60,233 nt of DNA from Sedimentisphaerales bacterium (GTDB taxonomy: Bacteria; Planctomycetota; Phycisphaerae; Sedimentisphaerales; Anaerobacaceae), in the NCBI GenBank assembly GCA_049509315.1, contig JBELAA010000001.1, positions 1 to 60,233 on the forward strand, read 5' to 3'. The position numbers and the translations under genes are program-made. The notes beneath the pieces are model-generated. The model did no database searches. It was not told the origin of the DNA and saw only the letters and a list, made by a program, of their open reading frames with translations. Each line of letters begins with the position of its first letter. Position 1 is the stretch's first letter. Shown here one piece after another: positions 6,816 to 15,430 of this stretch.

Positions 6816-8650
6816 TTTATTATCCTTACCGCCCAGCTGGTGTCTTTGTATACCTTGTCTGGTTTCCCGAATATTTCATTTACCGCTTTTATTATCCCAA
6901 ACCCATGCGCCGGCCGGTCGATGTAATCATGGCCGCACAAATACCCGCCTATTCTGATCTTCGGGAGCCATGCGATCAGGTCCCGCTTAACGTCTGGATA
7001 TTCGTGTCCGGCATCGACGTACCCGGCATCGAAAGATCGATCGGGCATGATCGAGGCCAGCTTGCAAGAGTCCATGGTAAAATGTTTAATATTCGGATAT
7101 CGGGCAAAAACATCCTTTGCCGCAAAGCGCCATGGCTCCGCCTCTGGTAGATCGGTGGTGACCACCTCCCCGCATAAAAGGGCAAAGACCTCGGTCGACA
7201 CACCGGCCCCGGTACCTATCTCCACCACCTTCGCGTTTTCAGGAAAGAGCTCTTTAATCATATCAATAAGCCCGCCGACCTTGTTGTGCTCATCGTTTTT
7301 AACGGAAGGTGGGAGAGGTACCCTGTCTATGGTCAGTAACTCTTTAAGACGCCGGTCCTTCTGCTCCTGCCCTATGGTTATTACTTCGATTTTCGGCGCC
7401 TGCCATACACCCTCTTTTTGATATACTACACTGACGCCCAGTGTGGTGAGTTTTTTATACCCGTTCTTGTTCATTAATTCATCGATCGGGTATGTATTAA
7501 AATTGTTTTCAATGATGCAGATTTTTATATCGAATTCATTGAAGGGGAAATCCTTTAAAACCGTGTATTCGGCGCCTTCGATATCAAGCGAAAAGAGGTC
7601 TATCTTTTTAAGGCCGTGTTTAAATAGAAGGGTTTTGAGGCGCATGGCCGGTACCTCTATCGATTTTGCCAGCGCGTTCGGTATGTTCTTTTTAATGCGG
7701 TCCAGGTGCTGCTGCTCCATGGTTGACTGTACCCCGCTCCATCCGCGCAGACCACCGGAAAACGAGGAAAAGGTAACGGTGCAATTATCTTCGTTCCATA
7801 GTGCCGCGTGTTCTGTTTTACATTTCCGGTTGTTTTTGAGTTCTTTGTACTCCTCCGGATTGGCCTCGACGCAAAGCCCGGTCCACCCCAGCGCCTGTTC
7901 GTAGAATACCGTATTGCTGTGTACGATGCCGTCCAGGGCGCCGCACTCAAAGAACACGCCGCGCCGCTGGCCCATGAATACGTTGTCGTTCAACCACTGG
8001 TCCTCGTTGTACTCGGAATGGTATGCCGCCTCCCCCCGCGGCACCCGTATTGTATTTCCCCCGATCGTCAGCCATTTTTTATCAAAGTATTCTTTGTTCT
8101 TTTCCCATATCGCGCCGCATTGGTTTTTCTGCTTGTTTATATGGATGATGCGACACCGGTTATTTATAACGGTTTTCGCGTTAGGGTACTTCCTGAACTG
8201 CTGGGCGCAGAAGTCGTCGTCCTCGAAGCCGGACCCCTCGAATTTCTCGTCGAAGCGCAGCCCGTCGTTCCTGAAGGCAATACAGGCGGTCGCGCAGCGC
8301 GGTACTTCGGTCAGGTAGTCGGCTGCAATGTTACCAAGAAACATCATGTGACCGGTGGACCCGTCGACTCTAAGCAGGCGAGCGGACACCATCACAATGT
8401 TTTGATCCTCTTCGAGCGGCCTTATTAGCTGCTCCCACCAGCCCTCGTGATACCCGGCTGTGTCGTCGTCAATCATAATAACGATGTCCGACTTTGCCAG
8501 CTTTAAACCGGCATTGCGGTTCATTGCCGCCGATCCCCGCATGCAGGTAGCTATAACATGGCAGCCCCAGGAAAATCCCTCTACATCGCAGAGGAGCGGG
8601 GATACCTCTTCGGGTGTTTTGAATGTCGGTATGATAATGTCTGGTTTCAT
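6812..8650 (-). CDS. Tri-domain enzyme: GT2 glycosyltransferase / FkbM-type methyltransferase / class I SAM methyltransferase
   Basis: Start set at MKPDIIIPTF (ATG 8650). GT2-like IVIMIDDDT. FkbM-like FFECGALDG...IDLFSLDIEGAEY. Class I MTase glycine loop VVEIGTGAG followed by GGYLCGHDY. Confidence 0.7.
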   Translation of the reverse strand: MKPDIIIPTFKTPEEVSPLLCDVEGFSWGCHVIATCMRGSAAMNRNAGLKLAKSDIVIMIDDDTAGYHEGWWEQLIRPLEEDQNIVMVSARLLRVDGSTGHMMFLGNIAADYLTEVPRCATACIAFRNDGLRFDEKFEGSGFEDDDFCAQQFRKYPNAKTVINNRCRIIHINKQKNQCGAIWEKNKEYFDKKWLTIGGNTIRVPRGEAAYHSEYNEDQWLNDNVFMGQRRGVFFECGALDGIVHSNTVFYEQALGWTGLCVEANPEEYKELKNNRKCKTEHAALWNEDNCTVTFSSFSGGLRGWSGVQSTMEQQHLDRIKKNIPNALAKSIEVPAMRLKTLLFKHGLKKIDLFSLDIEGAEYTVLKDFPFNEFDIKICIIENNFNTYPIDELMNKNGYKKLTTLGVSVVYQKEGVWQAPKIEVITIGQEQKDRRLKELLTIDRVPLPPSVKNDEHNKVGGLIDMIKELFPENAKVVEIGTGAGVSTEVFALLCGEVVTTDLPEAEPWRFAAKDVFARYPNIKHFTMDSCKLASIMPDRSFDAGYVDAGHEYPDVKRDLIAWLPKIRIGGYLCGHDYIDRPAHGFGIIKAVNEIFGKPDKVYKDTSWAVRIIK

Positions 8651-8654
8651 TTTA

Positions 8655-9038
8655 TTAATCTGCCTCCATGCGGAACGACAGGCCCAACTCTCCCAATTTT
8701 GAGTTAAGCTCAATGAGTGATTTACGGGTCATGGTTCTATACTTAATCATATCAGACTCTGAATTTCTGACCAGATCAGCCAGCGTACGTATATTAGCAG
8801 CCCGCAGACAGTTTGATGTGCACACAGAAAATTCAAGCTCGTCAACTTTTTTTTTGAGTAATTTTTGAATCTTCTCTTTTTTATCTTCTGGTATCACCTG
8901 CGTAAGGCAGACTGCGGAAAAAAGAATACCGCACCCTTCTTTTTTTACCTCTTCGGTTGTTGTTTCCACCGTCAATATAGACATACCATCAACAGCACCG
9001 TTCTTGACTTCTGTTACTGTTCCTCGGATCATAACCAC
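8655..9038 (-). CDS. RNA polymerase alpha-subunit C-terminal-domain-like (HhH) protein
   Basis: VDELEFSVCTSNCLRAANIRTLADLVRNSESDMIKYRTMTRKSLIELNSKLGELGLSF aligns by eye to the E. coli alpha-CTD segment [58 protein letters not shown]. Confidence 0.7.
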   Translation of the reverse strand: MVMIRGTVTEVKNGAVDGMSILTVETTTEEVKKEGCGILFSAVCLTQVIPEDKKEKIQKLLKKKVDELEFSVCTSNCLRAANIRTLADLVRNSESDMIKYRTMTRKSLIELNSKLGELGLSFRMEAD

Positions 9039-9045
9039 CCGCTTT

Positions 9046-9474
9046 CTATCTTTCGATAATATCGATTCCGTACAGTGCCTTCATCAACTTCTTTTTTATT
9101 TTATACACCGGTGTTTTAAAGCCCTTTGCGTCGATTACTGCTGTTTCTCCCTTTTTGTCCGTGACAACCCAGTCACACTCGTAATCGCAGATTTTAACGC
9201 CCTCAACGACGAGCGGAAACCGCTTCTTACGTTCAACCTTTTTCAGCTGTCCGCAGCGTAAAAGCGTTTGATACTCGGCATCGATACGGGCCTCTTTCCT
9301 GCTGTCGGAGAATGTGCCGTCGCCGTTGGCTGACCGGATGTTCCGAAATTTATTAGATGGGGCCATATATCCTAATGTTAAAGTATAATCTAGGTTCTTG
9401 GTTTTTCTCTTTAATAAAAGATTCAGCCTTCTAATTTCTTTTGCATCCAACACGGGTGCCCGCTTCTTGCTCAT
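9046..9474 (-). CDS. DUF1064-family protein (PD-(D/E)xK-like nuclease fold)
   Basis: FSDSRKEARIDAEYQTLL...CDYECDWVV...VIDAKGFKTPVYKIKKKL matches the DUF1064 pattern FDSKKEA..Y..L......YIADF......VEDVKG.KT..Y.LK.KL. The ATG at 9474 overlaps the stop of the small ORF (ATGA). Confidence 0.7.
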   Translation of the reverse strand: MSKKRAPVLDAKEIRRLNLLLKRKTKNLDYTLTLGYMAPSNKFRNIRSANGDGTFSDSRKEARIDAEYQTLLRCGQLKKVERKKRFPLVVEGVKICDYECDWVVTDKKGETAVIDAKGFKTPVYKIKKKLMKALYGIDIIER

Positions 9475-9593
9475 TGTCCACCGATAGCTTTCCATATCAA
9501 AACCGCAGCAATAAAAAACACTGCGGCGATAATAAACGTTATAACGAGGCCGGTTTTTGTCGGTGGGTGTGGGTCGGTCGGATATCCGCTCAT
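9471..9593 (-). CDS. Small single-pass membrane protein (40 aa)
   Basis: Below the track cutoff. It has ATGA overlaps at both ends (9590-9593 and 9471-9474). Hydrophobic helix GLVITFIIAAVFFIAAVLIW. Confidence 0.4.
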   Translation of the reverse strand: MSGYPTDPHPPTKTGLVITFIIAAVFFIAAVLIWKAIGGQ

Positions 9594-10204
9594 AGATATT
9601 TCCTTATGTTGGGTTTCCAGTAAATAATACTTTCAGGCACGTTGTTCTTTATGCTCTGTATCCATGCTGGCGTTGGAATGATAGCTTTTGGACCCGTCAT
9701 TGCTCCTACAATTACCCGTGCCATAAATTTTATTTGTAATGTTGGCAAAACCATACCGAGTAGTGGTTCGATTGATAAATATGGCCTTGGCAATTTAGAT
9801 ATTTTACCAAGGTTAATTAATTCTGAATCATTGTTTAATTTGGTGATTGTTAAACCCTGCATGGTATTTCTCGGCCAAAAATAATTTTTATATGAATCTG
9901 AATTTTTACTCAAAAACATAAATGTGTGGTCGGGCCACAGCTCGACTGTTTGCAATACATCCTCCACCCATCCTATTTTCCAGTATTCAATGTCACTCAT
10001 TGAGCCAATAAATATTGTTGATGGTTTTTGGGGTAGCACATCAAAAATCCTTTCCCGGTGAAATCGTAATTCGTTAAATGGCCCCTCTTCAAAACGCTCA
10101 TGGATGCGTCGAGCGTAACAATAGGAGCATCCGCGCCTGCATCCGGTAACCGGGTTCCATGTGTAGAGGTTCGGTATTCCCCAATCAATTTTTGTCTTTT
10201 GCAT
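9590..10204 (-). CDS. Phage Gp37/Gp68 (DUF5131) family protein
   Basis: The N-terminus KIDWGIPNLYTWNPVTGCRRGCSYCYARR matches the family signature (IxW...WNP..GC...GC..CYA) and includes a CX3CX2C triad. Confidence 0.7.
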   Translation of the reverse strand: MQKTKIDWGIPNLYTWNPVTGCRRGCSYCYARRIHERFEEGPFNELRFHRERIFDVLPQKPSTIFIGSMSDIEYWKIGWVEDVLQTVELWPDHTFMFLSKNSDSYKNYFWPRNTMQGLTITKLNNDSELINLGKISKLPRPYLSIEPLLGMVLPTLQIKFMARVIVGAMTGPKAIIPTPAWIQSIKNNVPESIIYWKPNIRKYL

Positions 10205-10388
10205 CGAGCTGTTCCTTTAATTTTTTTATCTCTTCATCTTTTTCTTCACAAAGGTCACAGACATCAAAAATAATATCCATAAATATTTCTGCTACCTTTT
10301 TCCTTTCGATCGTTTTAGCATTTGCGCGGGCTGCGAAGAGTAGTGAAGCAACGGTGACCACATAAAGCACAATGATGGTTATTCCCAT
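10185..10388 (-). CDS. Small membrane protein with acidic coiled-coil tail
   Basis: Start set at MGITIIVLYVV (ATG 10388). One TM helix, then EEKDEEIKKLKEQLDAKDKN. Confidence 0.45.
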   Translation of the reverse strand: MGITIIVLYVVTVASLLFAARANAKTIERKKVAEIFMDIIFDVCDLCEEKDEEIKKLKEQLDAKDKN

Positions 10389-10476
10389 TATGCGGCCCCC
10401 TTGGTGTCGTCGGCTGCCCTGAATGGTACCACTATGCGGCCCCCTTGGTGTCGTCGGCTGCCCTGAATGGTACCAC
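10389..10476. repeat. Exact 44-bp tandem duplication (2 copies)
   Basis: tatgcggcccccttggtgtcgtcggctgccctgaatggtaccac occurs at 10389-10432 and again at 10433-10476. Confidence 0.95.
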
Positions 10477-10827
10477 GTTATCCGGCGCCGGTTCTCCCGC
10501 CGATGCCGCCAGCTGTTTGCTTCGTTCCGCCCGCAAGTGTTCGGCATGTTCCGCCTGCGACAACTGAGCGGGTGTCAGTCCTATCTGCCCGACCTTCTTC
10601 TGACAGGCCATAAGGACCTGTCCCACGCCGGTAGCTATCTCACCGAAGGCGGTTGCTACTGGTGTTTTCAATTCCTTCACTTCTGCACAATCCATAACGG
10701 CGAACGGCATCTTGTCGCGGCCGTCCCAGAGGATGCAGATATACGACGCTGACACCTCGATCATGCGTGCTACCCGCTTTCGCTGAACACGCCGGGCCAC
10801 CCTTGATTTTCTCTCTTTACTGTCCAT
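10432..10827 (-). CDS. Hypothetical protein
   Basis: 131-aa ORF with a basic N-terminus. Its 3-prime end lies in the 44-bp duplication, and its stop (TAG) is created at the repeat junction. Confidence 0.5.
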   Translation of the reverse strand: MDSKERKSRVARRVQRKRVARMIEVSASYICILWDGRDKMPFAVMDCAEVKELKTPVATAFGEIATGVGQVLMACQKKVGQIGLTPAQLSQAEHAEHLRAERSKQLAASAGEPAPDNVVPFRAADDTKGAA

Positions 10828-10830
10828 TGG

Positions 10831-11055
10831 TTACTCCTTTTCGTCTTTTGAATAATCACCGTGTACCCATATATCCTGACAGTCGCGCCATGGGCGCTGT
10901 ATTGTTTCATGGTGACGGTTAACAAACGTATCGGGCGCCTTGGCAAGCGAACACCTGAAACATTCCGGGGTTATCTGGAATACCCTCATATTCTGGCTGC
11001 AATACTGTTTTCCGCTGCTTTCGTGCCTTTTTAACTTTATACGACGAAAGATCAT
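10831..11055 (-). CDS. Hypothetical protein
   Basis: 74-aa ORF directly downstream of the terminase gene. Confidence 0.4.
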   Translation of the reverse strand: MIFRRIKLKRHESSGKQYCSQNMRVFQITPECFRCSLAKAPDTFVNRHHETIQRPWRDCQDIWVHGDYSKDEKE

Positions 11056-11087
11056 CCATCAGGCGCGGTAAATTTTCAAATTTGACC

Positions 11088-13286
11088 CTACCCATTATTG
11101 CTCCTCATTGAATATTCTCTATCAAGTTCTCCAGAGCTCGCCAGCCGGTCGAGGGCCTCCAATATTCTTGTTCTCTCTGGCGTATAAATCCTCGAAGGCG
11201 GCTGCTTTTGTGTTGAATTCGGAATCTCTTTTATCACAGCTGTAACCTGGCAAAGCGCTCGGGCGAGCACATACCCGTCTTTGTCCGGCAGCGGGTTCTC
11301 CTGGTTCTTATACGCCCATGAGAGCATCTCCTGTTTTAACAGGTCCGACCGATCGTGTATTACCAGCTGGTTTGCGGATATCAGCCGGTTTATGGCGTTG
11401 ATTGCGCCAGCCTCATTATAATTTTTTACGGGCCGGATATATACTCGATTGTCTTTTGAACGTATATACGAGTCTGCGATATTCCCCTGGCCTTTTGAGA
11501 AAATAATGTCGTTTCCTATCCAGTGCAGCCGGTTTTTATCCACCTTTTCTGCGCCGATCGTCCGGACAATAAGACGCATGGCCGGCACCACTATTTCGGG
11601 GTTTGGAATATCGGAATAATATTCAGCTATGACGCGCAGCATTCCGGTCCTGGAGTTCCAGATAATGACGAGTATCGATGTCCGCATGATCCGGTCGACG
11701 TACATACTCGCGTATATCTTCCAATCAGGCGAGAGCCTGTCCCAGCCGACCTTGAATGGGGATGTTTCTCCGTTGTACTCTGAAAATACCCGCTTCGTTT
11801 TAATAAAATGGTTGATTGCCTGAGATCCGCAGTCTATCCGTTCGTCATGTGTACCGCGGTCGAACACGCATACTTCGTCAATCCAATCCCATATCCAAGG
11901 TGCAATGGACGGATGGGGCAGATAGATGTTGCCCGTCTGCGCGAGCGCTGCGAACGGCTTTGCCCTCGTTTTCTTTGGTCCCTTCTCGCTCGGATTTTCT
12001 TCAAGTATGCCCGGCATTATGATTTTAAGGCGCCGGATAACCACTACGCCGGCGGCGGCATCTTCGATAAGGATTATGGACGTGTCCGGATGCTTCCGCT
12101 TCTGTGCCTGCACCTCTATTTCGTTCTGCAGGTCGTCCCACTTCCCCCGGGCCTCGTCAATCAGGAAGTAATCAACATGGGTCCGGGCATAGACATCCCC
12201 GCAGCTCGGGTCGTTTTCCTTCTTTCCCTTCAGCCCCATATCCCAGGAGAGTATCTTGTCTTCAAATTTGTCCGGTATATCGACCGTGGGCGCGTGAAAA
12301 ACCTCGTCCCCCACCTTGATAACCACATCGGGCAGGTTTGAATCCTTGGGCCTCCAGAAGCGCCACCAGGTCCTTTTGAACATATTACCCTCTTCGGGTG
12401 CCGGCGTCTGCTGGATCTGGCCCGCATAGTCCCCGCGAAGGTTCTTTTTATACCCTTCCAATATCGATCGGCTGAATCGTTCAGGAAAGAAAAGCCCGTT
12501 TTTATAATATTTTTTTACTTCCGGCGGGCTTACGTGGTCGCTCTCTTCGCCTGGGAAACAGAAGAGTTTATAGGCGGTCGGGTAGTTTTGGAGTAAAAAG
12601 CCGGTCAGGTCCTGCTCGTTGGTCCGCTGCTGGACAATCACCCGCAGGTCGACATCCTGGTTGTTGAGTCTGGAATACATCACCTTTAAAAACCAGTTAA
12701 TGACCGTTTGCAGCTTGACCTCTGAAATGTCCTTCGGGTCGTTCGGGTCGTCGAATATCTCCCAGTTTGCACCCTTACCGATTGCTGACGATCCGACAGA
12801 CACGGCCATGCGGTATCCGGACTTGTCCGTCCGGTAAAAGCTCTTTACGTTCTGGTCGCCCTGCATCCGGTAAACCTCTCCCCAGTAACGCTGATACCAT
12901 GGGGTGAGTATCACCGATCGGGAGTCTACCGCGTGTTCGAGGGCCAAGTCTTTTGAAAACGATGCAGTCAAGAAACGCTGGTTAGGATAGCGGGTCCACG
13001 CCCACGGGATAAGAAGACGGGAAAATATTGTGGACTTTATACTGCGCGGCGGGATATTGACGACGATATCGTATTCTTTCTTTTTCCGCAGGTGTATCCG
13101 CTCCGCCTGCTGCTGCAGTTCGTCGCACAATAAATTTATATGCCAGTTTTGTATAAGGGGTGTCGTTGGTTCGAGCTCGTACCATGCCCGCTTGAAAAAA
13201 TAGCTGTAGTCGGCGCAGTCGTTTTTATCTTTCTGCCGGCGCAGCATCAGCTCGCGGAGTTTATTTTCTTGAACTGTGTTTTCCAT
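11088..13286 (-). CDS. terL: Terminase large subunit
   Basis: 732 aa. Walker-A-like PPRSIKST, Walker-B-like WEIFDDP, and a C-terminal nuclease-type segment SIILIEDAAAG. Size and position after the small-subunit candidate fit. Confidence 0.8.
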   Translation of the reverse strand: MENTVQENKLRELMLRRQKDKNDCADYSYFFKRAWYELEPTTPLIQNWHINLLCDELQQQAERIHLRKKKEYDIVVNIPPRSIKSTIFSRLLIPWAWTRYPNQRFLTASFSKDLALEHAVDSRSVILTPWYQRYWGEVYRMQGDQNVKSFYRTDKSGYRMAVSVGSSAIGKGANWEIFDDPNDPKDISEVKLQTVINWFLKVMYSRLNNQDVDLRVIVQQRTNEQDLTGFLLQNYPTAYKLFCFPGEESDHVSPPEVKKYYKNGLFFPERFSRSILEGYKKNLRGDYAGQIQQTPAPEEGNMFKRTWWRFWRPKDSNLPDVVIKVGDEVFHAPTVDIPDKFEDKILSWDMGLKGKKENDPSCGDVYARTHVDYFLIDEARGKWDDLQNEIEVQAQKRKHPDTSIILIEDAAAGVVVIRRLKIIMPGILEENPSEKGPKKTRAKPFAALAQTGNIYLPHPSIAPWIWDWIDEVCVFDRGTHDERIDCGSQAINHFIKTKRVFSEYNGETSPFKVGWDRLSPDWKIYASMYVDRIMRTSILVIIWNSRTGMLRVIAEYYSDIPNPEIVVPAMRLIVRTIGAEKVDKNRLHWIGNDIIFSKGQGNIADSYIRSKDNRVYIRPVKNYNEAGAINAINRLISANQLVIHDRSDLLKQEMLSWAYKNQENPLPDKDGYVLARALCQVTAVIKEIPNSTQKQPPSRIYTPERTRILEALDRLASSGELDREYSMRSNNG

Positions 13287-13860
13287 TTTGCTCTACACGA
13301 AGCCTGTTCAACTCCTCGTTAATTTCCTCGTCTGTTGTTGGGAGATCGGTAAACGATACACCCCCGGAAAGCTTTACCTTCTGGGCCGTATAATCACCGG
13401 TGGTCTTTTTCGCGTCCCTGATAAGGGTGTTCATAGCGTAGGTGGAGTCGTTCAAAACCCGGTTTGTTTCTTCCCGGGCAAGTTTTATTTTTCCCGGGTT
13501 ATTATCCGCTACTGCCTCCATCTCCCGCTGGATCGCGGCAGTTATTCTTGCCTGGTGCAGCTTGAATAGTTCCGCTTCCGCCTTTATCCTTACCTCCTTG
13601 CCGAAGCCGGCCTTCTCGTAAAGATCCGCTGCGGCCGCCTCCGCCATTTTTATCGCTTTATCCTTCACCAGCTTTTTGTCCCAGTGTTCTTTATGCGCGT
13701 GATTCCGTATTGCCTTGAAAGATGGTGGATTTTTCATTGTTTCGGTAAGATTTTTATGAAGGGCTGGTAGCGACGCAAACGAGCCGGACTCATAAAGCGC
13801 GTGTATGTGCGCCCATTTCAGGGGGGGGAGGTGTCTTTTTGGTTTTCTTTTTGTCATAGG
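13261..13860 (-). CDS. Putative terminase small subunit
   Basis: Start set at MTKRKPKRH. Basic N-terminus followed by a long helical region. It sits immediately upstream of terL and overlaps it. Assignment is by position only. Confidence 0.45.
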   Translation of the reverse strand, partial: PMTKRKPKRHLPPLKWAHIHALYESGSFASLPALHKNLTETMKNPPSFKAIRNHAHKEHWDKKLVKDKAIKMAEAAAADLYEKAGFGKEVRIKAEAELFKLHQARITAAIQREMEAVADNNPGKIKLAREETNRVLNDSTYAMNTLIRDAKKTTGDYTAQKVKLSGGVSFTDLPTTDEEINEELNRLRVEQNGKHSSRK

Positions 13861-13927
13861 ATCGCCTCGGTAAATTAATGGTTGGGACGCTCCAGGGTGG
13901 GGCCGTCCCAACGATGCACCTACTGGT

Positions 13928-14692
13928 CTATATCCCGTTTGATAGATATTTCCAGCGGTCGTCCTTTTTGACCAGCTCCACGGTACCCCAATACGTCTCT
14001 ATCGTTTCGCTTTTCAGGTAGTCGTCAATTACTTCCTTTTTTGCCGCTGTGACGATTGTTTCGTAAAGCGGGTTTCGGAGAATATAAAATACGTCCGCCG
14101 ACTCTTCGCTCTGAACGTAATCCATAACAACTTCGAATTCGAGCTCTCCTATTACGTCGTCGTGGAGATAAAATATCGGTACGCTCTTAAAAGAAATGGG
14201 TGGCGGCGGTTCAATGTCCCCCGCCTCGTCTTTCCGTGAATAAGAAAAATGAAAATTGCCCGCATTGTCCTTTTTCCTTTCGAAGGTGACGAGTTTTTTT
14301 AGAGAGAAATTGCGGATTGTATCGAACAAGTCCTTGCATTCCGACCCATTCCAGTATGTGCGCAGGTCGGCAAGGAGTTGTTCAATCTCCTTTAGTGATA
14401 ACCGCCGGTTTACCGCGCCGGATATGATTTTTAAAATAGGGGACGAAGAGAGATTACAAACTGCGAAGGGAATACTTTCATAGGTGGGTTTCAGTGGTAT
14501 GGCAACGAGTTTTTCCTCAGAGTGGAAAATAACAACCTCTTTTTTATCGAGGTTATGGAGGTATCTCAAAAAAATCATAATCAGGTTTGTGGTGAAGGTG
14601 TTTTGAGACATATCCTTCAGGGTATGGAAATCATTACCCAGAAGGGCTTTCCCATCTTTTGCTATAACGGTGGCTTTAATTTCTGGCGCCAT
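13928..14692 (-). CDS. Hypothetical protein
   Basis: 254-aa ORF with no recognisable motif. Confidence 0.55.
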   Translation of the reverse strand: MAPEIKATVIAKDGKALLGNDFHTLKDMSQNTFTTNLIMIFLRYLHNLDKKEVVIFHSEEKLVAIPLKPTYESIPFAVCNLSSSPILKIISGAVNRRLSLKEIEQLLADLRTYWNGSECKDLFDTIRNFSLKKLVTFERKKDNAGNFHFSYSRKDEAGDIEPPPPISFKSVPIFYLHDDVIGELEFEVVMDYVQSEESADVFYILRNPLYETIVTAAKKEVIDDYLKSETIETYWGTVELVKKDDRWKYLSNGI

Positions 14693-15044
14693 TATTGGCC
14701 TCTTTCTTTTGTATGGGTATGGTGTTGGCTGGCTGCTGCAGGTCCAATGAGAGCTGCAGGATGTCAGCGATATCGTTACCGTCGTTTATTATGACGCCAT
14801 CTTCTAATTCGGTGGTATACTCCATCGACTTGTGCGCAGGTACGCGCAGGTCGGTTTCGTAGAGTATTTTCCCGAAATGGTTGTCCTGCGATTCGGGCGG
14901 CCGCACCCTGATCTTAAGCGAACACGTAACTTCTGCGTTCCGCTCTTTCGCTTCAATCTGCGCCTGCTCAAAAATCGCCTGAAATTCGGAAAAGAGATGC
15001 CCCTTTCCAATTTCAAAAAATGCCAGTTTCTTTTTGTCCATCAA
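14676..15044 (-). CDS. Hypothetical protein
   Basis: 122-aa ORF that overlaps the downstream gene by 17 nt. Confidence 0.5.
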   Translation of the reverse strand: MMDKKKLAFFEIGKGHLFSEFQAIFEQAQIEAKERNAEVTCSLKIRVRPPESQDNHFGKILYETDLRVPAHKSMEYTTELEDGVIINDGNDIADILQLSLDLQQPANTIPIQKKEANNGARN

Positions 15045-15064
15045 ACCTCCTTGTGTATTATTGT

Positions 15065-15430
15065 TTATACCCCTGTGTTTAAATATTCAAATTCAAATGA
15101 TCCCCTTCGTGTCGACCGCAAAGATTTACGGTACTGCCCGGTCCTCTTTAATTTTCCAGCCCTTAGTAGACGATGATAAAACGGCCCCACCATACTGTCG
15201 GCAGGCGGCAACACCTTACAGAGCAGCGATATCTCGCTTGGATAAAAAGTATTAAATTTCCGCATTACGTTTCGGATCTCCGCTTCCCATGTTTCCTTTG
15301 TAAAAAATGATAACTGCTCGGCATCCGGCTTCGGGTCGGTTCGCTGCATCACAATCTGGGTGGTCACCACCCCAGCCCTTGTCTGTTTATGGTATGATAT
15401 TATTTTGCGTTCTTCAAGGGTTTGCGACAC
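15065..15430 (-). CDS. Hypothetical protein
   Basis: 121-aa ORF. Confidence 0.5.
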   Translation of the reverse strand: MSQTLEERKIISYHKQTRAGVVTTQIVMQRTDPKPDAEQLSFFTKETWEAEIRNVMRKFNTFYPSEISLLCKVLPPADSMVGPFYHRLLRAGKLKRTGQYRKSLRSTRRGSFEFEYLNTGV

